DNA of 62,491 bases, filler included. It is 9 parts of 9 records of this genome, joined end to end, with 100 filler letters (N's around TTAATTAATTAA, not from the genome) between each part and the next. Parts side by side here need not be neighbours in the genome. Positions count along the whole stretch, not along the records: positions 1 to 7,637 come from SRR31156797_55501; positions 7,738 to 14,662 come from SRR31156797_55522; 7 more parts are not named here. One strand, given 5' to 3'. Position numbers and translations under genes: made by a program. Below the pieces are notes generated by a model. The model saw nothing but the letters and a program-made list of their open reading frames with translations, searched no databases and was not told the origin of the DNA. Below are positions 1 to 8,639 of the stretch, piece after piece. The first letter of the stretch is position 1. Every line of letters starts with the position of its first letter.

Positions 1-118
1 CATCCACAACCGGAAGAATTCTGAGATCATGTTCCGCAATTAAGCGCTGAGCTTCTATTATGGCAGTATCGCTGTTTACAGTAACAGGGTCCTTCTGCAT
101 CCAGTTTCTGACAATCAT
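1..118 (-). CDS. CBS-domain protein, N-terminal part, runs off the window; probable phenylphosphate synthase subunit C (PpsC-like)
   Basis: Not in the ORF track. Manual translation from ATG at 118, with GGAGG upstream, gives MIVRNWMQKDPVTVNSDTAIIEAQRLIAEHDLRILPVVD, a typical CBS N-terminus ending in LPVVD. It lies in the same operon as ppsA/ppsB. Confidence 0.75.
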   Translation of the reverse strand, partial: MIVRNWMQKDPVTVNSDTAIIEAQRLIAEHDLRILPVVD

Positions 119-156
119 TTTTTCAACCTCCCGCCTGGGGGATCCAAAGTATCCGG

Positions 157-1383
157 TTATGGCCGCGACAGGTCCAGGAAAGCCTTTGTTACCGCTTCTA
201 TGAATTCGTCGTCTTCAAGGCTTGCTTCCACTTCAACGACCTGCACCTGGGGTTTTACGTTTTTTCTGAGTTGTTCGACGAATGTTTTATCTTCCGCCGG
301 ATCGAACACCGGGCTTCCTTCACGATCGATTGAGGCCCATCCCCTGGTCGGTATGAGAAACCTGACCGGGCCTTCAGCCACGTTCAGTTTTTCGGCAAAA
401 GCCTTGGCCACTTCGGTCAATTCGTCCGGGTCCAGGCGGAGGAAGGTTCTTAGTTTGTCCAGATCGTATTTACGGCGGTTTTCGTATCCCGGTTTGTACC
501 TCGATTTGCGGGGGCTCATCAGGTTGACTCCGCTGGGCGCGATAACCTGGGGCAGGCCTTTTTTACCGGCTGCTTCCAGGCGTTCGGGCCCGGCCGAACG
601 CATACCGCCCATGATGTGCTCCCCTACCCCGCCAGGCGCCAGATCAACAACGCCGCAGAAGTAGCCTTCCTCGATCATTGTTTCCATGGCCCGGTCGCAG
701 ACCCCGGCGGCTGAATACCCAATGACGTCAAACCCGGCGGCTTCCAACTTGAGCCTGACTTCATGAGCACAGCGCTCGCAGGGGCCGAACATGGACATAG
801 CCACCAAAGGCCGATCTCCGCTGCAGGCTTCCTCGGGAGATAATACCGGGGTATTGGCCAGGCCGCAAGCCGCGGCCGCGGCCCTGTCCAAAATGTTTTT
901 CAATAGCGGGGACAGGCCTGAAATTTCCACAACAGTGTGAAAAAGGAGCAGGTCCCCGGTATCGATGTATCGGGTGGCCAGGCCGGGCAAGGCAGCGGTT
1001 GACGAAATCATCAACTTGGACAGGCCAAAAGGCAGGGAGCGCATAACGTCGGTAGCCATTAGCGACCCTGTGGAACCGCCCAAGCCCACGACCGCCTGAA
1101 TCTTCTTGTCCTTAAACAGCCGCCGTGCGATATTAGTCGCGCCTGAGGTCATGGCTGCAGTAATTTTGGACCTCTCGCGGGAAAGCCTGATTTCTTCTAT
1201 ATTCCAGCCTCCGGCATGCGCGACGTCATCCGGCGGTATGTCGGCTTTCACATCGCCGGGGGCGCCCATGGCCAGATCCATGATCAGGACGTCGACGCCT
1301 CCGGCCAGAATTCGCTCCTTGAGATACAAGGTTTCATCGGCCTTGGTATCCATGGTTGAGATAAGCAGAACCGTAGGCTTCAT
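157..1383 (-). CDS. Tm-1-like ATP-binding domain protein (UPF0261 family)
   Basis: 408 aa with N-terminal STMDTKADE (TxDTKxxE), GLGGSTGS, LPFGLSKLMIST and AGPERLEAAG...PQVIAPSG motifs. Confidence 0.85.
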   Translation of the reverse strand: MKPTVLLISTMDTKADETLYLKERILAGGVDVLIMDLAMGAPGDVKADIPPDDVAHAGGWNIEEIRLSRERSKITAAMTSGATNIARRLFKDKKIQAVVGLGGSTGSLMATDVMRSLPFGLSKLMISSTAALPGLATRYIDTGDLLLFHTVVEISGLSPLLKNILDRAAAAACGLANTPVLSPEEACSGDRPLVAMSMFGPCERCAHEVRLKLEAAGFDVIGYSAAGVCDRAMETMIEEGYFCGVVDLAPGGVGEHIMGGMRSAGPERLEAAGKKGLPQVIAPSGVNLMSPRKSRYKPGYENRRKYDLDKLRTFLRLDPDELTEVAKAFAEKLNVAEGPVRFLIPTRGWASIDREGSPVFDPAEDKTFVEQLRKNVKPQVQVVEVEASLEDDEFIEAVTKAFLDLSRP

Positions 1384-1386
1384 GAT

Positions 1387-3033
1387 TCAGCCCGCCGTGA
1401 CTTTTTGTTCTATGTCGGCTTTAAGGACCTTCTTATCGATCTTGCCCGAATCGCCCACAGTGGGCATGGCGTCTATGATTTCCAATCGCTCTGGCAGCTT
1501 GTACTTGGCGATCTGCTTTGTTAAAAGAAATTCTTTCATTTCGTCAAATGAAAACGTCTGTCCTGGTTTTGGAGAAACATAGGCGCAGGTCTTTTCTCCA
1601 AACTCACGGTCCGGCATGCCCACAACAGCCACTGCGCCCACGGCCGGGTGTTCGTTGAGCAGGCCTTCTATTTCAGCCGGATAGATGTTCTGGCCGCCCC
1701 GGATTATCATGTCCTTTTTGCGGCCGAGAATCCACAGACAGCCTCTATCCAGCTTGACTATGTCGCCGGTTGAGGTCCACCCGTTTTTGTCAAAGACTGC
1801 GGCGGCGGCTTCTTCGTCCCTGAAGTATCCGGCCGGCGCATGGGGGCCGCGGAACCAGAGGACTCCGGGTTCGCCTTCGGGAACTTCCTGGTCGTCATCG
1901 CCAAGGAGCTTAAACTTGTTTCCGGGCAGCATTCTGCCGACGGTGCGGCGTCTCAGGTCAACCGGATCGGTGATCTTGCAGCCGGAAACCGATCCGACGT
2001 CCTGGGTGCCGAGATCGCTGGTAATGACCGCGCCGAATCGTTTTTCCACTTCTTCTGCCACCATTGGGGAAAGATACCCACCGGCGGAACGGACAAAACG
2101 CAGGGCGGAAAGATCGTATTTTTCAACATCGCATTCAAGCATGCGCACCAGGTGCGTGGGCACGACGCCTATGGCGGTGACCTTTTCCTTTTCCATGACG
2201 GCCAAAGCCTGATCGGGCTCGAATTCTTCCAGCATCACGGTTTTGGCGCCGGCCAGGGGGGCGGCGAAATAAGTCAGGGTGCCGGCGGCGCCTCCCGCAT
2301 GGGGGGCCACGGCCATGGTAATATCGTTATCATCCAGGTCCCAGAGGCCGATGCGTCCCTTGGACGTGCAGATCCTGGGTGCAATGGGCCATTCGACCAG
2401 CTTGGGCAAACCGGTGGTGCCTGTGGTGCTGGTCAGAAGCCCGACGTCCCAGAACGGGCTGTGCTTGCGCGCGGCCAGCTCCTGTTCATCTATTTTCGAT
2501 TCGTATTCATTGCTGACCTTGACCAGGGACCGGGTATTGTCCGGCGCGCCTTCCGGGACCTCTTCGTCAAACAGGTAGATGTGCTTGAGGCTGGGGAACC
2601 TGGTCATAAGATCCTTGTACATGTCCAGGTAATCGAAATCCCGGTATACCGTGGGAATTACAACCATCTCGGCCTGGGTCAGGCCGCAGAAGTGTTCCAG
2701 TTCCTTCTGGCGCAGGTAAGGATACACGGTCAGGGAAATCAAACCGGCCCGTTCGCCGGCAATGCGGGCCAGGAATCCGTACACGCTGTTCGGGGACTGG
2801 ATGATGACCCGGGCGTCCTTGGGCAGCCCGGCTTCTATCCAGGATGTAGCAATGGCGTCGGTCAGCCTTTTAGCTTCAGACCAGGTTATCCGGTATTTGG
2901 AATCGACCAGTGCTTCCCGATCTCCCCTTTCCCTGGCGTTGCGGTCGTAAAAATCATAAAAGGTTTCTTCGGTCCAGTAACTGTCCCGGACGAATTCATC
3001 AACCATGGGCTGTTGGTATCTGATCGGTTTCAC
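1387..3033 (-). CDS. AMP-dependent acyl/aryl-CoA ligase (DhbE/AliA-like); candidate 4-hydroxybenzoate-type CoA ligase
   Basis: TTGTTGLPK P-loop, STGD, GRKKDMIIRGGQNIYPAEIE and C-terminal GKIDK. GTG start with GGAGG. Substrate is inferred from context only. Confidence 0.85.
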   Translation of the reverse strand: MKPIRYQQPMVDEFVRDSYWTEETFYDFYDRNARERGDREALVDSKYRITWSEAKRLTDAIATSWIEAGLPKDARVIIQSPNSVYGFLARIAGERAGLISLTVYPYLRQKELEHFCGLTQAEMVVIPTVYRDFDYLDMYKDLMTRFPSLKHIYLFDEEVPEGAPDNTRSLVKVSNEYESKIDEQELAARKHSPFWDVGLLTSTTGTTGLPKLVEWPIAPRICTSKGRIGLWDLDDNDITMAVAPHAGGAAGTLTYFAAPLAGAKTVMLEEFEPDQALAVMEKEKVTAIGVVPTHLVRMLECDVEKYDLSALRFVRSAGGYLSPMVAEEVEKRFGAVITSDLGTQDVGSVSGCKITDPVDLRRRTVGRMLPGNKFKLLGDDDQEVPEGEPGVLWFRGPHAPAGYFRDEEAAAAVFDKNGWTSTGDIVKLDRGCLWILGRKKDMIIRGGQNIYPAEIEGLLNEHPAVGAVAVVGMPDREFGEKTCAYVSPKPGQTFSFDEMKEFLLTKQIAKYKLPERLEIIDAMPTVGDSGKIDKKVLKADIEQKVTAG

Positions 3034-3117
3034 GTCAGCGGCCCTCCATGATCATACGCCGGCGGCTTTGTCCGCCGACGCATCATTTAAATAAAACGGT
3101 TTCCATTCAAATCCGGC

Positions 3118-4527
3118 CTAGTCCAATCCCAATTCAGACCAGCGGCCTTTGACCTTTTCGACCATGTCGGGATCCAGGCTGATGGGGATCGGCTTGTGCT
3201 TCCAGTCATAAGGTATGGTCGCGTCTAGCAGCAGGCGCCCGGTGATTTCCCTGGCGTCAATGGGCAGGGAAGGATCGAGAGGAGTTGAGCGGCCCCGTTT
3301 GATAACCTGGCTGCGGTTCGGCTGGAACCTGAAGGACAGGGCGTACATGACCCGCGGAATATCCCAGGGATCGATATCTTCGTCCACCACGATTACGGTT
3401 TTAAGCCCGTATGCTCCCATTTCGGTTGAAATGGACGCGGTCAAAACCTGATCGGCATGCCCGGGGTACATCTGCTTCATGGAAATGATGGCCAGGAACC
3501 GGCCCGAACCTTCGGGGGGACAGTACACCGATTTGATGCCCGGAATTTTCATGGCCACCAGTTGCTGCCACAGGGCGGCGCCGTAGGACAGGGCCATGGT
3601 CATATGCGTGTCCGTGACCGCGCGGCCCACTGTTGTACCCCAAAAGATGGGATTGTTACGATAGGTAATGCATTTGACGTCGATAAAGTTTCTGGGATCT
3701 GTACCGACGCCCGAATAATACCCGGTGTATTCGCCAAAAGGCCCTTCATCCATGAATGCGTCCGCGTCGACCTCGCCCTCGACCACGATTTCGGCATGGG
3801 CCGGAATAGGCAGGTCCACGGTTTCGCCCTGGACTACTTCAACAGGTTCGCCCCTGATGGCCGCGGCCACTTCGTATTCGGAAACAAAGGCGGAAATGCG
3901 GGCCGCGCCCATAATGAAGAGCAACGGATCGCAGCCGACCACGGCCGCGACAGGCATGGGTTTGCCCATGGCCTGGTATTTCTTGAGCATTATGTCCGCG
4001 TGCTTTCCCTTGATAAACTGGGTGCCGAGCTTGTCTTTACCCAAAAGCTGGCAACGGTAAGTGCCCAGGTTGACCCACCCGGTCTCGGGATCCTTGGAAA
4101 GGACAAAGTGGGCCGTGCCGAAAAAGCGGCCGCCGTCCAGAGGATAGAATTTTGGGACCGGGAAACGGTACAGGTCCACATCATCACCCATGAGGATGTT
4201 TTCCTTGCATGGCGCCTGGTTCTTATCCACTACAACCGGCTCCTGCTTTTCATCGCCGATTTTAACCCACTGTTCCATCAGGTCCACCAGAGTGGATTCC
4301 ATGGGCATGCCCATGATCAGGGCCAGTCTTTCGGTGGTTGTGCATACGCTGGTAATAACCGGAGAGTCATAGTCTTTCACGTTTTCAAAAAGGAGCGCCG
4401 GGCCTTTTTGCTCTTCATTGATTTTTGCGATGTGGGAGAGTTCCAGGTCCCAGTCCACCTCTGCCTTGATCCGACGGAGCTGATCTTTTGATTCAGCCAG
4501 TTCTACGAAATCTCTCATGCTTTTCAT
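3118..4527 (-). CDS. ppcB: UbiD-family (de)carboxylase, phenylphosphate carboxylase beta subunit-like
   Basis: UbiD motifs NLGTYR, EGPFGEYTGYY and VVDEDID. The N-terminus EVDWDLELSHIAKINEEQKGPALLFE resembles PpcB, and the gene is adjacent to ppsAB. Confidence 0.8.
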   Translation of the reverse strand: MKSMRDFVELAESKDQLRRIKAEVDWDLELSHIAKINEEQKGPALLFENVKDYDSPVITSVCTTTERLALIMGMPMESTLVDLMEQWVKIGDEKQEPVVVDKNQAPCKENILMGDDVDLYRFPVPKFYPLDGGRFFGTAHFVLSKDPETGWVNLGTYRCQLLGKDKLGTQFIKGKHADIMLKKYQAMGKPMPVAAVVGCDPLLFIMGAARISAFVSEYEVAAAIRGEPVEVVQGETVDLPIPAHAEIVVEGEVDADAFMDEGPFGEYTGYYSGVGTDPRNFIDVKCITYRNNPIFWGTTVGRAVTDTHMTMALSYGAALWQQLVAMKIPGIKSVYCPPEGSGRFLAIISMKQMYPGHADQVLTASISTEMGAYGLKTVIVVDEDIDPWDIPRVMYALSFRFQPNRSQVIKRGRSTPLDPSLPIDAREITGRLLLDATIPYDWKHKPIPISLDPDMVEKVKGRWSELGLD

Positions 4528-4712
4528 AAAAACTTCTTCCTCCCTTTTTTATTCAGTAACTTAATTTGTACCGGCCGGCGCCGGGCCAAAGCCGCAACAG
4601 CCGAACCGGTGAAAAAGCGCATAAAAATCTATTAAGGAACATCGGATGATACTCAATTTAGTGAGATCTTCCGCGTTATCCCGCAGGATGACGAGCCCGG
4701 CGCTCCTTTGTT

Positions 4713-5789
4713 TCAGGTTATTTTTTTTCCTTTAAGTAAACTGGCCACGATGCTGTCCATGGCCGATTGTTTCCCCTTGCTGACTGGTTCCTTTTTTTGG
4801 GAACTCCAGACTGTTTCCGGCCTGCTTTGAAGTATGAAAACGCTGCCCGCGGCGGGCATGTCCTTGTCAACGGCCCACTCGATATCCTGGGGGCGGCCGT
4901 AGTGTTTTTCTATGACTTTACCCATGCGGGCCAGTTCAACGATATCTTCGTCAATGGTCGACTGACCTTTTTGTCTTTCCATCGGGAGGGAAAAACAAAC
5001 TGACTTTTGTTCGACCGGATCGACCGTGTAGTAGACTTCCTTTTTGGAAATGGTTCTCTCGACAATATCGAGCGACACTTTATCCACCACAAAGTGATCC
5101 GGGGTTACTTCGCCGGAGACAACCGATTCTCCAAATCCGAAGTTTGAATCAATTACAATCTGGGATCTGTCGCCGTTGAGCGGATTCAGGGTGAACATCA
5201 CACCGGCGGTAAAGGAATTGGCCATTTTCTGGACGCCGACGCTTATACCGACTTGATCGTGATCAAAGCCCATTCTGATTCGATAGGCTATTGCCCTCGG
5301 AGTAAACAGGCTTGAGAAACATTTACGGACATGGATAAGCAGGTCGTCTACTCCGCGAATCCAGAGAAAGGTTTCCTGTTGTCCGGCAAAACTGGCGCCG
5401 GGCAGATCTTCGGCCGTGGCGCTGGACCGGACCGCGACCGGAACAGCAGGGACAAAGCAATGCTTGGATAATTTACGGTAGTATTCCGCTATCAAATCTT
5501 CCATTTCCATGGAAAAATACACGGACTCCATGGTCTGCCTGATTTCCGCAGCCGCGGAATCCAGGGCGTCAACGTCCTTTGGATCCAGGCCTTGCAGCCG
5601 GCCTGTAATATCCTTGTCAATACCGCCTTCTTCCAGGAAACGATGGTAAGCCCTTGTTGTGACGGCGTACCCGGGGGGAACGCGAATTTTGGCGCCGATC
5701 AGTTCACCCAGGGAAGCGTTTTTTCCTCCAACCAGAGGCACTGAATCCTTGTTGCATTCGGAAAGCCAGCAGAGATAGGGTTCGCTCAC
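4713..5789 (-). CDS. ppsB: Phenylphosphate synthase subunit B (PEP-synthase ATP-binding domain)
   Basis: VGGKNASLGEL, AVRSSATAEDLPGASFAGQQET, GESVVSG, QDIEWA, LQSRPET. Start moved to GTG 5789, which has GAGGAG upstream. Confidence 0.85.
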   Translation of the reverse strand: MSEPYLCWLSECNKDSVPLVGGKNASLGELIGAKIRVPPGYAVTTRAYHRFLEEGGIDKDITGRLQGLDPKDVDALDSAAAEIRQTMESVYFSMEMEDLIAEYYRKLSKHCFVPAVPVAVRSSATAEDLPGASFAGQQETFLWIRGVDDLLIHVRKCFSSLFTPRAIAYRIRMGFDHDQVGISVGVQKMANSFTAGVMFTLNPLNGDRSQIVIDSNFGFGESVVSGEVTPDHFVVDKVSLDIVERTISKKEVYYTVDPVEQKSVCFSLPMERQKGQSTIDEDIVELARMGKVIEKHYGRPQDIEWAVDKDMPAAGSVFILQSRPETVWSSQKKEPVSKGKQSAMDSIVASLLKGKKIT

Positions 5790-5853
5790 GATTCTCGGCT
5801 CCTCGTTTTTAGTTTGGAGGCCGGCCCGCGGATAGGAGCCGGCCTGGTCAGAA

Positions 5854-7637
5854 TTATCGATCAATCAGAATCTTGCCCGTGGCGCCGTCCACCTTAATGT
5901 TCATGCCGGTTTTGATAACCGAGGTGGCGTGTCCTGTTCCGACCACGGCGGGAAGTCCGTATTCACGGCAGACAATGGCTGCGTGACACATAACGCCGCC
6001 CACGTCCGTGACCGTGGCCCTGATTTTCTGGAATGCGGGCGCCCAGGAAGGCGAAGTGGTCGGGGCCACGAGAATCTCGCCTTCTTCGAGTTGCGCGATT
6101 TCCGCAACAGTCCTGCAGACGCGGGCCTTTCCTTCAACCACGCCCGGGCTGCCGGGGAAGCCTTCCAGTTCGTTGACTTTATCGGGATCGCCGATTTCCC
6201 GGACTTTGGCCCAGGCAGCCAGGGATTCGTTGGTCACGCCCCAGAGAACAACCGTGAACGGTTCCTGGATAACTTCCGGAGCAGTGCCTATGCCCGGAGG
6301 AGGCGACCATTGTTTGAATTTTTCATAAACACCCTTGCGCCATTCAATTTCCGGGGGCCAGTGTTTGGGGCCGCGAGGCTTGACGCCGGTGGCCCAGGCC
6401 GTTACCAGATCCCACAGCGCTTCCTTGATTTCTGCGCGGCTCAGGAACCAAACGTCTTCGATGTCATTGATAAAGTCGTGGTCCTTCATTATGGCGGCCA
6501 CTTCTCGGACCTTGTTCCAGAAAACGGAGTGAAACCAATGTTCGACGTAAAACAAGTGGTTTTCAACATAAGGGAAAACAGTGCGGGCTACGCCCAGGTT
6601 TTGATCAAAGGCGGCTTTGTCTTCTTCGCTTTCCAACAGGTCGCGATACTCGGAAGTGATGCGGTCTCGTTCCTTGATGACTTCCCCGGTGGGGCGTTCA
6701 ATGGTTTCACCGGCTACAAGTTTATCTATATAGATATTGATAAAGCCAAGGGGAACGTCCAGGTCGTCGTTCCAGGACTTGTCGTGGTGGTACCAGCCCG
6801 TGCCGGTGGAAAGCCAGAACCAGGGGTGCTTGGCCTTGTTAAAGGCTTTGAGCCATTCCTGACCATTGGTTGACTGGTTGAGGTTTGCTTCAACACCCTT
6901 CCATTCGGGGCTGGATTTGAGGACGTCGGCCAGTCCCATGTCAACGGCGGCCCTGGCTAGTTTTTTCAATTCGTCATCGGACCGATACATGATGACGTCG
7001 ATGCCGCCGACCATCTGGGTAACCCTTTGGAGCGGTATTCCGGGGAAAGCGTTTTGGCAGAAGCCCAGAAAATTAACGTAAGCGGCATAACCCAGGTTCA
7101 GGAATTCAAAATGATACTGCCAGCAGAGGATGCCCAGGTCAATCAGGCGATCGTAAGCGCTTAATAGCTCGTAGCCCTTGGACTTGCCGACGCCGTCAAA
7201 AACCACGCTGATGTCTTCCATATCCGGGAGAGCATCGATAGAAACCGCTTCCAACTGGGAAATAACGTCCTTGATTTTTTCTTCCCACTGGTCGTGCAAT
7301 CGATCCCAGTTTTGAAAATAGTACCCGGCCCGTTCAGTGAAAATGGGCACTCTTTTTTCAATTTCGGCGGGATCCGTGACAGGCACGGGAGAGATGTAAA
7401 TGTATCCGTTGATAATGCGGTGATCGACCCCGTAAACAGGCGGGACTCCGAAAATCCTGGTGTTAAATTGGGATAGTGCTAAAAACCAGGCTTCATCCCA
7501 GATGATGTCGAAGGGATACATGGGTTCGGGATAATGGAGTCCGTCGTAGAACCAGAACATGTCATTTTCATACTTTTCACGTTCCGGGTCGTCAGTGACG
7601 AATTGGTACTGATAGGGATACATGCGCTCCCAACCCT
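5854..7637 (-). CDS. ppsA: Phenylphosphate synthase subunit A (phospho-His domain), 5' end cut by contig edge
   Basis: The frame stays open to the gap and reads GWERMYPYQYQFVTDD...WFYDGLHYPEP, matching PpsA. The C-terminal PEP-utilising His motif is GGVMCHAAIVCREYG. Confidence 0.9.
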
Positions 7638-7737
7638 NNNNNNNNNNNNNNNNNNNNNNNNNNNNNNNNNNNNNNNNNNNNTTAATTAATTAANNNNNNN
7701 NNNNNNNNNNNNNNNNNNNNNNNNNNNNNNNNNNNNN
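7638..7737. other. Artificial contig linker N44-TTAATTAATTAA-N44
   Basis: Identical 100-nt linkers, with stops in all frames, also occur at 14663-14762, 21568-21667, 29962-30061, 35731-35830, 41643-41742, 48365-48464 and 55891-55990. Confidence 0.99.
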
Positions 7738-7919
7738 CGCGTCCATCTCTTGGTAACGCGTTTCTATCCAATGAACGATGATTGCCAAGAACCCCCAGTA
7801 TACTGAGACAACTCTTGACTTTAGCATCTTTTTTGCCTATCCAAAACAATGTTCCAATGTAATTGGGTTTTCAGCCAACCACAATCGAATACGAGACGAT
7901 CGGAGATATAAAAAAAATA

Positions 7920-8639
7920 ATGGCCCAAGAACAGAACGGTGATGCGGCGGTTCGATGTATTGGGATTCACAAGAACTACCAGATGGGAGAAGTTGAAGTG
8001 AAAGTTCTTCGGGGGCTCGATCTGGAGATTCTGAGGGGACAGCTGACGGTAGTCGTGGGGGCTTCCGGGGCCGGCAAATCGACGCTGTTGAACATTATCG
8101 GCGGCATTGATCGGCCCACCTCGGGTGAAGTATGGGTGGATGGTGAAAATCTGGCCGCCATGACCGACCGACAGCTCACTGAATACCGTCGCCGTAAGAT
8201 CGGTTTTGTCTTCCAGTTCTATAATCTGGTTCCCACACTAACGGCCCTTGAAAATGTGCATGTCTCCACCCAGATCGCGGAAAAGCCCATGGATCCGGCC
8301 GAGGCCCTGAAACTGGTGGATTTGAGCGAACAAACGAACCATTTCCCTGCCCAGCTCTCCGGGGGGCAGCAGCAGCGGGTCTCCATCGCCCGTGCATTGG
8401 CCAAGCAGCCGGCCATAATGCTCTGCGACGAACCCACCGGCGCGCTGGATGCCCATACCGGGCAACGGGTCCTGGGGCTTTTAAACCGTCTGAACGAGGA
8501 GATGGGCGCCACCATCATTATTATCACCCACGCGGCCCCCATGGCCGAGATGGCCCACCGGGTGCTCCATCTCACCATGGAGGGTATCACAAGCCGTGAA
8601 AACAAGATCAGGAAAAAGGCGGAAGAGATCACCTGGTGA
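7920..8639 (+). CDS. ABC transporter ATP-binding protein (LolD/MacB type)
   Basis: GASGAGKS, FQFYNL, LSGGQQQR, CDEPTGALD. ATG 7920 preferred over TTG 7863. Confidence 0.93.
   Translation: MAQEQNGDAAVRCIGIHKNYQMGEVEVKVLRGLDLEILRGQLTVVVGASGAGKSTLLNIIGGIDRPTSGEVWVDGENLAAMTDRQLTEYRRRKIGFVFQFYNLVPTLTALENVHVSTQIAEKPMDPAEALKLVDLSEQTNHFPAQLSGGQQQRVSIARALAKQPAIMLCDEPTGALDAHTGQRVLGLLNRLNEEMGATIIIITHAAPMAEMAHRVLHLTMEGITSRENKIRKKAEEITW

Noticed and set aside
1840-6873. Long + strand ORFs (1840-3051, 3457-4491, 5929-6873) and similar antisense ORFs elsewhere
   Set aside because: They are shadows of GC-rich genes on the opposite strand and carry no recognisable motifs
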